This document shows, in pieces, positions 9,198-18,995 of a stretch of DNA of 36,961 nucleotides (within the stretch, counting starts at the first letter, position 1; each line of letters starts with the position of its first letter). The position numbers were made by a program, and so were the translations under genes. The notes beneath the pieces were generated by a model, which was given only the letters and a program-made list of their open reading frames with translations, searched no databases and was not told where the DNA came from. The DNA is taken from the sequence record DRR378314_2641, one strand, 5' to 3'.

Positions 9198-9890
9198 GTG
9201 AACCATTTGGATTTGATCAAAAATAAGGCAGGTATACCTCTGGATGATGAAGAAAAGCGCCCCGCACATGAACAGGTCTATCGTATACTGAAATCGCAGA
9301 TTCTGTTTGGTGATCTGGTACCCGGACAGCCGGTTACGATTCAGGGTTTGACCGATTCTCTGGGCGTGGGCATGACCCCAGTACGTGAAGCGATTCGCCG
9401 CCTGATATCTGACGGCGCCTTGATCTTTCAGGGCAATCGACGGGTCAGTGTTCCCCTATTGTTAGCCAGCGATATCGAGCAGATGATATTCGCAAGAATT
9501 TCAATCGAAACAGAGCTTTCAAGACGTTCTGCCAAGAATATTGCGGCCGCCGACATTGACCGCCTCGAAGATCTGGATCGACGCTTGGATGATATGATCG
9601 CAGATGGCGATGTAGGTGGGTACCTGCGTTTGAACCACGCGTTTCACCAAGCGCTTTACTCGCACGCCGAGGCCCCGATTCTGGTTGATCTGGCCGAACG
9701 GTTGTGGCTAAGATTCGGCCCCTCACTTCGGATCGTATGCGGCCGCTTCGGGACTCAGAGTCTGCCCGACAGGCATAAAGATATTATCGCCGCTTTGCGT
9801 GATCAAAACGCCGAAAAGGCAGCAATTGCGACTGCGCAGGACATTGAGCAAGGCATGGGAATGATGGGCGACGCCCTGACCACCGCCTAG
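9198..9890 (+). CDS. GntR/FCD-family transcriptional regulator (start uncertain, may be ~9240)
   Basis: HEQVY...GDLVPG...LGVGMTPVREAIRRL wHTH; FCD domain NHAFH...H. Confidence 0.9.
   Translation: MNHLDLIKNKAGIPLDDEEKRPAHEQVYRILKSQILFGDLVPGQPVTIQGLTDSLGVGMTPVREAIRRLISDGALIFQGNRRVSVPLLLASDIEQMIFARISIETELSRRSAKNIAAADIDRLEDLDRRLDDMIADGDVGGYLRLNHAFHQALYSHAEAPILVDLAERLWLRFGPSLRIVCGRFGTQSLPDRHKDIIAALRDQNAEKAAIATAQDIEQGMGMMGDALTTA
9206..9220. promoter_or_regulatory. Putative GntR operator copy 2
   Basis: Identical to 9106-9120, 100 bp downstream. Confidence 0.6.
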
Positions 9891-9905
9891 AATTCAGCGA
9901 TTCGA

Positions 9906-9933
9906 TTGACAGTATAAAATTTGATCATATTCT
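9906..9933 (+). promoter_or_regulatory. sigma70-type promoter overlapped by a third operator copy
   Basis: TTGACA-N16-TATTCT, with near-palindrome AATTTGATCATATT at 9918-9931. Confidence 0.6.
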
Positions 9934-9965
9934 ACCCCGCAACCACTGTTGCAGGAGATTCTCCG

Positions 9966-11363
9966 ATGTCTACCATCACAAACCACTTGCCCACCGCTGA
10001 ATTGCAGGCGCTGGATGCCGCACATCACCTGCATCCGTTTTCCTCCAATACAGCATTGGGAGAAGAAGGCGTCCGGGTCATCACGCGCGCAAACGGTATT
10101 TACCTGACCGACAGCGAAGGTCATGAAATTCTGGATGGCATGGCCGGATTGTGGTGCGTGAACATCGGATATGGCCGTGAGGAGCTTGCCGAAGCTGCCG
10201 CGCGCCAAATGCGCGAGCTGCCTTATTACAACACCTTCTTCAAAACAACCCATACTCCGGCCATTGCTCTCGCGGCGAAGCTGGCCGAACTTGCACCTGG
10301 CGATCTGAACCACGTCTTTTTCGCGGCAGGTGGCTCTGAGGCCAATGACACCAACATCCGCCTGGTGCGCACCTACTGGGCAGAAAAGGGTCAACCTGAC
10401 AAGAACATCATCATTAGCCGCAAGAACGCCTATCACGGATCATCCGTAGGCTCGGCCTCTTTGGGGGGCATGGTGGGAATGCATGCGCAGGGCGGCATTC
10501 CGATCCCGAATATCCATCACATCAACCAGCCGAACTGGTGGGCAGAAGGTGGCGACATGACGCCCGAAGAGTTCGGCCTTGCCCGCGCACGCGAATTGGA
10601 AGAGGCCATTCAGGAACTGGGCGAAGATCGCGTCGCGGCCTTCATCGCCGAGCCGGTGCAGGGCGCAGGCGGCGTGATCATCGCCCCCGATACCTACTGG
10701 CCAGAAATTCAACGTATCTGCGACAAATACGATATCCTGCTGATCGCGGATGAGGTGATCTGTGGATTTGGCCGTACCGGCAACTGGTTTGGTTCAGAAA
10801 CGGTCGGCATCAAGCCGCATATCATGACCATCGCCAAGGGCCTAAGCTCGGGCTATGCGCCCATCGGAGGCTCGATTGTTTGTGACGAGGTGGCTGAAGT
10901 CATCAGCGGCACTGAGTTCAATCATGGCTACACCTATTCCGGCCACCCGGTTGCTGCGGCTGTGGCGCTAGAAAATCTGCGCATTCTTGAAGAAGAGAAA
11001 ATCATCGACCACGTGCGCGATGTGGCCGCCCCCTATCTCAAACAGAAATGGGAGGCGTTGATCGAGCATCCACTGGTCGGCGAGGCCAAGATCGTTGGTA
11101 TGATGGCGTCGATTGCGCTGACACCCGATAAATCCAGCCGCGCCAAATTTGCCTCTGATCCGGGCACGGTTGGGTATATTTGCCGTGATCGTTGTTTCGC
11201 CAACAACTTGGTTATGCGCCATGTGGGTGATCGGTTGATCATCTCACCACCATTGATCCTGACACCTGCAGATATCGACGAGATGTTCGTGCGCATTCAC
11301 AAATCGCTGGACGAAGCGCTGGTCGAGATCAACGAAAAAGGGTTGATGAAACCCGCATCGTGA
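9966..11363 (+). CDS. Class III PLP aminotransferase, SpuC-like (putrescine:pyruvate)
   Basis: LDGMAGLWCVNIGYG, AYHGS, IADEVICGFGRTG, TIAKGLSSGY (PLP lysine), HGYTYSGHP; AGGAG RBS. Confidence 0.85.
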   Translation: MSTITNHLPTAELQALDAAHHLHPFSSNTALGEEGVRVITRANGIYLTDSEGHEILDGMAGLWCVNIGYGREELAEAAARQMRELPYYNTFFKTTHTPAIALAAKLAELAPGDLNHVFFAAGGSEANDTNIRLVRTYWAEKGQPDKNIIISRKNAYHGSSVGSASLGGMVGMHAQGGIPIPNIHHINQPNWWAEGGDMTPEEFGLARARELEEAIQELGEDRVAAFIAEPVQGAGGVIIAPDTYWPEIQRICDKYDILLIADEVICGFGRTGNWFGSETVGIKPHIMTIAKGLSSGYAPIGGSIVCDEVAEVISGTEFNHGYTYSGHPVAAAVALENLRILEEEKIIDHVRDVAAPYLKQKWEALIEHPLVGEAKIVGMMASIALTPDKSSRAKFASDPGTVGYICRDRCFANNLVMRHVGDRLIISPPLILTPADIDEMFVRIHKSLDEALVEINEKGLMKPAS

Positions 11364-11371
11364 TCGGTGAA

Positions 11372-11400
11372 TCAAGGGCGGTCTGTTTGGGTCGCCCTGA
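11372..11400. terminator. Hairpin between convergent genes
   Basis: AGGGCG...CGCCCT stem between the aminotransferase and transglycosylase stops. Confidence 0.5.
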
Positions 11401-11403
11401 CAC

Positions 11404-12720
11404 TCAACGCATCCGTTCCAGTAAACTGAGCGATGGGTACCCGTCCGGGACCAGCCCTTGCGCAACCTGAAATGCGCGCACAGCGTCGATGGTATTCGGC
11501 CCAGTGCGCCCATCGATACCTTGTGTGTCAAAGCCCGCCTGCGTCAGCCGGCGCTGCAACTCTTTGCGCTCGGTGAAGCTAAGGACACGATCGCCGCGCG
11601 GCCAATTCGCTTGAAACGGGGGGGCCCCTGCAAGCCTGTCGGACAGATGCCCGATCCCAATCACATACGCGTCGGCGCCGTTGTAGGCCTCGATCACTTT
11701 GAAATTGTCGAAGATCATCAGCGCGACACCCCGGCCACCTGCCGGTAGCAGGATCGCCGCCTGGCCGTGATCAGGTACTGCTTTGCCAGTATGTCTTAAA
11801 ACACCCCGGGCCGCCCATTCCGATGGCATCAAGGTAAAGTCGCGTCTCGCTTCGGTATAATCAAAGCCCGACGGCAACTGCACCTCTACCCCCCAGGGTT
11901 GACCTTGGGTCCATCCATGTTTGGCCAAATACGCCGCGGCCGAAGCCAACGCGTCGGTTGGATCGTCCGACCAGATATCACGACGCCCATCACCATCGAA
12001 ATCGACGGCATGATCAAGAAATGAGGTCGGCATGAACTGCGTGTGCCCCATTGCACCAGCCCAGCTGCCAACCATATTCCCCGCATCAACATCCCCGGCC
12101 TGCAGGATCTGAAGGGCCGCAATAAGTTGGGATTCAAAAAAACTTGCCCGCCGCGCATCAAAAGCCAGGGTCGCCAGCGACCGGATGGTCTGCTTGCTGC
12201 CCCTATAGGTCCCGAACGAGGTCTCAAGCCCCCAGATCGCGGTGACGACCTCTTTTTCGACACCATAATGCGCCTCGATCCGGGTCAGGGTTTCTCGATA
12301 TCGGTTCAGCCCGGCGCGACCATTGGAAACGCGTGTATTCGACACAGCTGAATCCAGATATTCCCAGATCGGCTTGGAAAACTCTGCCTGATTGCGATCT
12401 CGTTTGATGCTGTCGCTGTCATAGGTCGCCCCAGCCAATGCGCGATTCAGTGTGTTTGCCGAGATACCCGTTGCCTGCGCCCTCTCGCGAAACGCCGCCA
12501 GCCAAGCTTGAAAGCGTGCATTCCCTTCTGCCGATACACGATGCACCTCGACTTTTGGGCGCAATACTGGCCGAACAGAAACTGTTACATCCGCCGAGGC
12601 CAGTTGCACGTTGTCGACCAAAGGTCGGGCCAGAGGCCGTACCGATTTATCTGTTGCATCCGCCTGCACGATGGATGCCCATAATGCGACGGTCATAACG
12701 CCGCCTACGCATTTACGCAT
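11404..12720 (-). CDS. Lytic murein transglycosylase (MltB/SLT_2 family) with C-terminal peptidoglycan-binding domain
   Basis: QAEF, AIWGLETSFG, GSWAGAMGHTQFMP, DFDGDGRRD EF-hand; LQRRLTQAGF..IDGRTGPNT. Confidence 0.9.
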   Translation of the reverse strand: MRKCVGGVMTVALWASIVQADATDKSVRPLARPLVDNVQLASADVTVSVRPVLRPKVEVHRVSAEGNARFQAWLAAFRERAQATGISANTLNRALAGATYDSDSIKRDRNQAEFSKPIWEYLDSAVSNTRVSNGRAGLNRYRETLTRIEAHYGVEKEVVTAIWGLETSFGTYRGSKQTIRSLATLAFDARRASFFESQLIAALQILQAGDVDAGNMVGSWAGAMGHTQFMPTSFLDHAVDFDGDGRRDIWSDDPTDALASAAAYLAKHGWTQGQPWGVEVQLPSGFDYTEARRDFTLMPSEWAARGVLRHTGKAVPDHGQAAILLPAGGRGVALMIFDNFKVIEAYNGADAYVIGIGHLSDRLAGAPPFQANWPRGDRVLSFTERKELQRRLTQAGFDTQGIDGRTGPNTIDAVRAFQVAQGLVPDGYPSLSLLERMR

Positions 12721-12790
12721 TCCGTTTTTACCTGATTACTGCTCAGGACCAATGATAGCGCAAAATCGCGTTTTCACAAAGCGCCGAGCG

Positions 12791-13498
12791 CTAGGTTTCC
12801 TGATCCTGTGCCTCACGCTCTGCACGAAGTCGGGCTATCGCCTCTCTCAGCAGTGGGATGCGCTTGGGTCTGAAGCTTTCCTCGGTCACGTCCATTTCCT
12901 GCATACGATCCAGCCGGAATACGCGAAAATCTCGACGCAGGTGGCACCAGCTAAGCAAAACGCTGGAGCGATCCATGTAAACAATGCCCAGCGGATTAAC
13001 CCGACGCCGGGTATCCGCGCCATTGGCATCTGTATAGGCGAACTCGACCACGCGTTCATCCCATGCTGCTTGGCGCAGGTCGGCAACATCAATCGTTGGT
13101 ATCGCCGGGCGATTGAACCGTTTGGCTGTCAGAACCGCGTGACTCAACCGGTGTGACTGCCGCTGGGGTAACCGTCCCTGAAGCTTTCGCAAAGCCTCGC
13201 TTGCGGCTTCAGACAGCGCCGGGTCGCCGATCAATTGCACCTCCCGCAAGCCCAGAACCAGCGCTTCAAGCTCGTCATTGGTGAAGCCCAGCGGTGGTAA
13301 GGTCGCATCTTCAATCAGCGTAAACCCAAATCCTGCCTCTCCGTCGATCACGGCCCCCAGACCACGCAGAGCATCGATATCGCGATGCACCGTTCGCGGT
13401 GAAACACCCAAATCCTGTGCCAACTGAACCGACGTTCTGGGCGACGGACCAGAGCGCAGGGCTTGCATCAACTGAAACAGGCGGGCGGTGCGAGACAT
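12791..13498 (-). CDS. YafY-family HTH_11 + WYL transcriptional regulator (short form)
   Basis: MSRTARLFQL...LGVSPRTVHRDIDALR...GEAGFGF; WYL domain RRVNPLG...WCHLRRDFRVFRLDRM. Confidence 0.9.
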   Translation of the reverse strand: MSRTARLFQLMQALRSGPSPRTSVQLAQDLGVSPRTVHRDIDALRGLGAVIDGEAGFGFTLIEDATLPPLGFTNDELEALVLGLREVQLIGDPALSEAASEALRKLQGRLPQRQSHRLSHAVLTAKRFNRPAIPTIDVADLRQAAWDERVVEFAYTDANGADTRRRVNPLGIVYMDRSSVLLSWCHLRRDFRVFRLDRMQEMDVTEESFRPKRIPLLREAIARLRAEREAQDQET

Positions 13499-13517
13499 AA
13501 TGCACAATAGTCTAAAC

Positions 13518-13540
13518 CTAATGACAAGAACTGTCATTAG
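13518..13540. promoter_or_regulatory. Palindromic operator of the WYL regulator
   Basis: Perfect inverted repeat CTAATGACA-AGAAC-TGTCATTAG in the ~80-bp divergent gap. Confidence 0.75.
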
Positions 13541-13577
13541 TCCGACGTATCCTTTGGGAATACCAACGATGGAGCCG

Positions 13578-14279
13578 ATGATGCTGACCCTTCTCACCTT
13601 CCCCTCTGCCTTCGGTTTGTTCAGTGCCAGCCCGTTCTGTGTGAAAACGGCCCTGATGCTTCAAAGCGCAGGCAAGCATTGGCAACGGTCCGACCTGCTG
13701 GACCCCCGCAAGATGCCGCACCAGAAACTACCGGTCCTGCGCACACCCGAGCATCTGATCCCCGACAGCGACCTGATCCGTGAATGGCTTGAAGCCCAAG
13801 GCGCCGACTTCGATGCAGGCCTGAGCGATCTGCAAAAGGCCCAATCCCGCGCCCTGATCCGCATGGCCGAAGAACATTTGTACTTCTATGTCGTACAGGA
13901 CCGCTGGGCCAACGATGAGGTCTGGCCAATCCTGCAGGATACGTTCTTTTCGGTCATTCCCGCCCTGATCCGCAAACCGGTTTCGAACTCGATCCGCAAA
14001 TCTGTTCTCAAAGGGCTTGCATTTCAGGGCGTGTCCAGATTTTCGTCGGCTGAGCGTCAGGATCGACTTGAACGTGATCTTGAGGCGATATCGGCTTACC
14101 TTTGGCAGTCGCCCTACCTGATGGGCGAACAGCCTACGTCGGCAGACATGAGCGTTGGCCCGATGCTGGCCGCAATGCGCGCGACACCGTCAGATACACC
14201 GCTGACCCGCAGGGTCAAACAGGATAAGATACTGATCAGCTATATTGACCGAATGGAACAGGCGATCCCACTGCCATGA
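13578..14279 (+). CDS. Glutathione S-transferase family protein (metaxin/FAX-like)
   Basis: SASPFCVK, KLPVL, IPDSDLI, YLMGEQPTSAD; GGAG RBS before ATG 13578/13581. Confidence 0.85.
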   Translation: MMLTLLTFPSAFGLFSASPFCVKTALMLQSAGKHWQRSDLLDPRKMPHQKLPVLRTPEHLIPDSDLIREWLEAQGADFDAGLSDLQKAQSRALIRMAEEHLYFYVVQDRWANDEVWPILQDTFFSVIPALIRKPVSNSIRKSVLKGLAFQGVSRFSSAERQDRLERDLEAISAYLWQSPYLMGEQPTSADMSVGPMLAAMRATPSDTPLTRRVKQDKILISYIDRMEQAIPLP

Positions 14280-14674
14280 CCCCCTTTGAAGACGCAAACG
14301 TCGCCACAGCTTACGAGGCGCTGCCGGAAGAAACTCGCGTAGGTGCATTTGCGCTGCGTACTTTGATCTTTGAAACGGCAGCCTCTCTGCCGCGTGCCCA
14401 ACCCCTGCAAGAGGCGCTGCGTTGGGGACAGCCCGCCTATCTGGCACCAAAGGGGTCAACAATCCGGCTGGGCGGGCACAAAACTGCCCGCTTTGCGCTG
14501 TACGTACATTGCCAGAGCCGGCTGATAGGGGATTTCATATCAGCCTTTCCAGGCGAAGATCAGATTGAAGGCAATCGCGCCGTTCTGTTCGACACGCCGG
14601 ATCAGATCGATCCCACACGCCATGGCTGGCTAATTGCCCGCGCGTTGACCTATCACGTTTCGGCAAGAGCCTAA
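14276..14674 (+). CDS. DUF1801 (YdhG-like) protein
   Basis: LRTLIFETA...LRWGQPAY...STIRLG...GNRAV...RALTYH; ATGA-coupled to the GST gene. Confidence 0.75.
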   Translation: MTPFEDANVATAYEALPEETRVGAFALRTLIFETAASLPRAQPLQEALRWGQPAYLAPKGSTIRLGGHKTARFALYVHCQSRLIGDFISAFPGEDQIEGNRAVLFDTPDQIDPTRHGWLIARALTYHVSARA

Positions 14675-14752
14675 TTCCCAAACCCACTTTTTACGTTCAA
14701 GGCAGAGCAGAGAGGCCGCCAAATCTCAGGCTGCCTTTTCCGAAACGGGTTA

Positions 14753-17011
14753 TCATTTCTGACGGCGCTTACGTTCCACCTTGCGCTTGATCTTGTCCTT
14801 CTTGCGCTTGGTACTGACCGCTTTGCGCCGCGATCCGCGCTTTGCCGGGCCACGACCACGAGGCAAGGCCTGATCATCGATGGACAAAAGCTCCAACTCC
14901 AGCCCGCCCGTCACCGGTGTCGCCTCGGTCAGACGCACAGTGACGCGCTGGCCAATGGCGATGATCAGGCCTGTGTCTGAGCCCATAAGTGTTCCGGCCT
15001 CGCGGTCGAAATGAAAAAACTCACGCCCCAAAGACCGTACAGGGACCAATCCATCCGCGCCAGTTTCGTCCATTTTCACAAAAGCACCAAATCGCGCGAT
15101 ACCGCTGATCCGACCGCTGAATTCATTGCCGACCCGCTCGCTGAGGTATGCGGCCAGATAGCGATCGGTGGTATCGCGCTCGGCCATCATCGACCGGCGC
15201 TCGGTATCCGAGATATGGGTGGCGGTTTCTTCCAGCCGTCCGATCTCATCCTCGGTCAAACCATCTTGGCCCCAGCCGTGGGCCGTGATCAACGCACGAT
15301 GCACGATCAGGTCTGCATAGCGGCGGATGGGTGAGGTGAAGTGGGCATAGTTCCGCAATGCCAGCCCGAAATGGCCAAAATTCTCGGGGTTGTAATACGC
15401 CTGCGCCATCGAGCGTAGGGTCGACAAGTTGATCAGCTCCGCATCCTCGGTTCCGGCAGCGGCGTTCAGCAAGGCGTTCAGGTGGCGGGTCTGCAAAACC
15501 TGCCCCTTAGCAAGATTCAGCCCTGCCGCCTGCGCCGTTTCGCGCAAGCTCTCCAGCTTTTCCGGAGCGGGCTCTTCGTGCACACGAAACAGTAGCGGGC
15601 GACGTTTCGCGATCAGCGTCTCGGCGGCGGCGACATTGGCAAGGACCATGAATTCCTCGATCAACTTATGTGCATCCAACCGATCGCGGAAGGCGACGCT
15701 TTCGACCTCACCACTTTCGCTGAGAATAATTTTGCGTTCCGGCAGATCCAGCTCCAACGGCTGCCGCACCGCACGCGCCTTTTTCAGCGCAGCATACGCG
15801 GCATAAAGCGGTTTCAGCACTGTCTCCAACAACGGCCCCGTCCTGTCGTTGGGATTGCCGTCAATGGCGTTCTGCACTTCGACATAGTTAAGCGAAGCGG
15901 CAGACCGCATCAGCCCCCGCACGAAGCGATGGTCGATCTTATTGCCCTCTGCATCGATCTGCATTCGAACGGCGATGCAGGCCCGCGGGACGCCTTCGTG
16001 CAACGAACACAGGTCACCCGACAAGCGATCCGGCAGCATCGGCACCACACGGTCAGGGAAATAGCTGGAATTGCCGCGTTTGCGCGCCTCTCGGTCTAGT
16101 GCGGTACTTGGCTGCACATAGGCGGCAACGTCAGCAATGGCGACCCAGATCACATGGCCGCCCTTGTTCTTCGGATCATCATCTTCATGTGCATAGCACG
16201 CATCGTCGTGATCCCGCGCATCCGACGGATCAATTGTCAGCAGCGGTACATCCCGCAGATCCTCGCGCCCCTTCAGGCCAACGGGTTTGGCTTTGTCAGC
16301 CTCTTCGATCACCTTGTCAGGAAAGTCATCCGGGATACCGTGCTGGTGAATGGCGATCAGCGAAACGGCTTTGGGGGCCGAGGGATCACCCAGCCGTTCG
16401 ACAATACGTGCACGCGGTAGGCCCATGCGGTTTTTCGGTCCAGCTTGTTCCGCCTCGACCAGTTCACCATCATTCGCTCCGTGAACCGCCCCGTCGGGAA
16501 CCAGCCACTCGGTCTGGCCGGCCTTATCGATCGGGACAATCCGGCCACCTTCGGCCCCTTTGCGGAAAATGCCAACGATACGCTTCGGGTTGGTCCCGAT
16601 GCGTCGGATCAGCCGGGCCTCATAGTTGTGATCTTCCTCATGCACGACGGTCAGACGCGCCAGAATCCGGTCGCCCTCGCCCAACGCCGGATCACTGGCA
16701 CGGGCAATGATCAGCACAGTGGGCTCAATACCTTCGCCATGCCATTCCAATGGACGCGCGAACAGATCGCCATCGGCATTCGGAGCCTTCACCTGCAGCA
16801 CACTGACCGGTGGCAGGCGGTCAGGATCTCGATAACTGCGCTTACGCTTTTCCAGATGCCCTTCAGCCTCAAGCTCTTTGAGGATTCGCTTCAGGTCGAT
16901 CCGTTCAGCGCCCTTGATGCCAAAGGCTTTGGCAATGTCGCGTTTCGAGGTCAGGGTGGGGTTCGCCGAGATCCAATCGAGGACCTCCTGCTTGGTCGGA
17001 ATGCGTGTCAT
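14753..17011 (-). CDS. rnr: Ribonuclease R
   Basis: TIDPSDARDHDDA catalytic motif, LIEEFMVLAN, HFTSPIRRYADL, S1 domain and basic tail. Confidence 0.97.
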   Translation of the reverse strand: MTRIPTKQEVLDWISANPTLTSKRDIAKAFGIKGAERIDLKRILKELEAEGHLEKRKRSYRDPDRLPPVSVLQVKAPNADGDLFARPLEWHGEGIEPTVLIIARASDPALGEGDRILARLTVVHEEDHNYEARLIRRIGTNPKRIVGIFRKGAEGGRIVPIDKAGQTEWLVPDGAVHGANDGELVEAEQAGPKNRMGLPRARIVERLGDPSAPKAVSLIAIHQHGIPDDFPDKVIEEADKAKPVGLKGREDLRDVPLLTIDPSDARDHDDACYAHEDDDPKNKGGHVIWVAIADVAAYVQPSTALDREARKRGNSSYFPDRVVPMLPDRLSGDLCSLHEGVPRACIAVRMQIDAEGNKIDHRFVRGLMRSAASLNYVEVQNAIDGNPNDRTGPLLETVLKPLYAAYAALKKARAVRQPLELDLPERKIILSESGEVESVAFRDRLDAHKLIEEFMVLANVAAAETLIAKRRPLLFRVHEEPAPEKLESLRETAQAAGLNLAKGQVLQTRHLNALLNAAAGTEDAELINLSTLRSMAQAYYNPENFGHFGLALRNYAHFTSPIRRYADLIVHRALITAHGWGQDGLTEDEIGRLEETATHISDTERRSMMAERDTTDRYLAAYLSERVGNEFSGRISGIARFGAFVKMDETGADGLVPVRSLGREFFHFDREAGTLMGSDTGLIIAIGQRVTVRLTEATPVTGGLELELLSIDDQALPRGRGPAKRGSRRKAVSTKRKKDKIKRKVERKRRQK

Positions 17012-17069
17012 GAGTTTGGCCTAACACGGGCGTGCGACCGCGTCATGACCAAAAAAGCGGCGCATCGTG

Positions 17070-17645
17070 TCAGCCGTGCAGATCGGCCACGGTATCCACA
17101 TCGCGCAAATGATCCAGCAGCGCCACCCGACGCCCGGCAACCGTTGCCAGCGTGTCGGCCAACGCATGTTCCGTCGACCAGCGCACGTCTTTGAACAACC
17201 CCGACGGCAGCGCACCGAAGCGCTGCGCGCCGACAAGCCAATAGCCACCGTCAGGTGCTGGGCCGAACACCATTTCGTTGCGCCCCAACGCGCTATAGGC
17301 CCGCGTGATGTGACCTTTTGTGATGCCCGGAATATCCGCACCGATTAAGCATACCGGCCCTTGGTGAGCCCCGCGCAACATCCGCCCCATGCGATCACCC
17401 AGATCACCGCGTCCCTGCGCCACACGCGGCAGATCAACGGGCCAGACCCGGCTGTTTATCCCCTCGCGATCCGGAGAGACCGCCAGAACAATCTGCCAAC
17501 GCGGATCGCGCAGGCGCCGGATTAAGGACCGCGTTTGATGCCGAAACCACCACGCTGCGCCGACCATGCCAATGTCGCGTCCCAAACGGCTTTTTACCCG
17601 CCCCGGTCGCGGTTCTTTCACCATGATAACCAGTGTCCGCTGCAT
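17070..17645 (-). CDS. TIGR04282/DUF2064-like CofC-related transferase
   Basis: VKEPRPGRVKSRL, QGRGDLGDRM, IGADIP, GPAPDGGYWLVG, VRWST, LRDVDTVADL. Confidence 0.85.
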   Translation of the reverse strand: MQRTLVIMVKEPRPGRVKSRLGRDIGMVGAAWWFRHQTRSLIRRLRDPRWQIVLAVSPDREGINSRVWPVDLPRVAQGRGDLGDRMGRMLRGAHQGPVCLIGADIPGITKGHITRAYSALGRNEMVFGPAPDGGYWLVGAQRFGALPSGLFKDVRWSTEHALADTLATVAGRRVALLDHLRDVDTVADLHG

Positions 17646-17648
17646 ATT

Positions 17649-18788
17649 TCAGGCGAAATAGTCGGTCAGAATGCGGGTATAGATCGCCTTGAGCTGATGG
17701 ATTTGCGCGACTTCGACGCATTCATCCACCTGATGCATGGTGCGTCCGACCAATCCAAATTCGACCACCGGGCAATGGTTCTTGATAAACCGGGCATCCG
17801 ATGTGCCCCCGGTCGTTGAAAACTCGGGGCAAACTCCGGTTTCTGTCTCAACCGCCTGCGCCACCAGATCAGACAAAGGTCCCGGCGGGGTCAGAAAGCT
17901 TTCGCCTGAGATCTTTATCTTGGTTTCGATATCTACATCAAAGGTTTCGGCGACCGTAGCCGCCTCTGATTTCAGCCACTCGCTCAGGCTTGCTCCGGAA
18001 TGCAGGTCGTTGAACCGGATGTTCACCGTTCCGCGGCATTGCGCGGGGATGACGTTCGTCGCGGGATTACCCGCATCAATCGTCACTACCGCCAGGGTTG
18101 AGGCATCAAAGTGATCGGTTCCCTGATCAAGTTCGTGACCGGCCAACCGATCCATCAAGCGCGCCATTGCGGGCAACGGGTTCTTCGCCCTGTGCGGATA
18201 GGCCGAATGCCCCTGCACGCCGGTCACAGCGAACCACGCTGTCATCGAGCCGCGCCGCCCGATCTTCATCATCTCACCCATTGTGTTGGGGCAGGTTGGT
18301 TCACCAACCAGACAAACCGACATCCGTTCATCCGTTGCGCCCATGTGATCCAACAGAGCGACTGTGCCATCCAGCGCGTCCCCTTCTTCATCGCCTGTGA
18401 TCGTCAGGATAACCGCCCCGTCCGGGGGCGTGTCTCGTACAAAGTCGATGGCTGCTGCGGCAAAGGCGGCCACGCCTGATTTCATGTCCGTCGCCCCCCG
18501 GCCGTACATGACGCCATCACGGATCTCTGCGCCGAACGGAGGCATGGTCCAAGCGGCCGCATCCCCAACGGGAACAACATCCGTATGCCCGTTGAAGCCG
18601 AAGCTGCGCGCATGCCCTTTCTGCCCCCAACGGGCGAACAGGTTGCAGATGCCGGCACGGTCCACGCGTGTGCATTCAAAGCCCGCCTCGCCCAGTACGC
18701 GCTGCAAAAGAACCAACGCCCCGCCCTCTTCAGGTGTGACCGAAGGGCAACGGATCAGATCTGTTGTCAGTTCAACTGGATCAGTCAT
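17649..18788 (-). CDS. dapE: Succinyl-diaminopimelate desuccinylase
   Basis: [52 protein letters not shown]. Confidence 0.96.
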   Translation of the reverse strand: MTDPVELTTDLIRCPSVTPEEGGALVLLQRVLGEAGFECTRVDRAGICNLFARWGQKGHARSFGFNGHTDVVPVGDAAAWTMPPFGAEIRDGVMYGRGATDMKSGVAAFAAAAIDFVRDTPPDGAVILTITGDEEGDALDGTVALLDHMGATDERMSVCLVGEPTCPNTMGEMMKIGRRGSMTAWFAVTGVQGHSAYPHRAKNPLPAMARLMDRLAGHELDQGTDHFDASTLAVVTIDAGNPATNVIPAQCRGTVNIRFNDLHSGASLSEWLKSEAATVAETFDVDIETKIKISGESFLTPPGPLSDLVAQAVETETGVCPEFSTTGGTSDARFIKNHCPVVEFGLVGRTMHQVDECVEVAQIHQLKAIYTRILTDYFA

Positions 18789-18995
18789 AACGAGCCTCTT
18801 GTCTGTATGGATGCCGATGTTCGTGCACAGATTCAACGAATTGACCGGATTGCCAACCCCGAACAGGTAATTTCCTGTGCCATTAGAAGCGACCTCTCAT
18901 GGTGACACCACCATAGAACATGCGCGTTGACCTTGCGGTTGCCTTGCAGCACGACCCTGATTTGCGTTAGAGGGCCGCGAAACAGGTGAGTCGAC

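Noticed and set aside
11404-12720. Transglycosylase as flagellar partner of the muramidase-less FlgJ
   Set aside because: It is MltB-family with a PG-binding domain, 8.5 kb from the flagellar genes, with no CtrA-like site seen; no link supported
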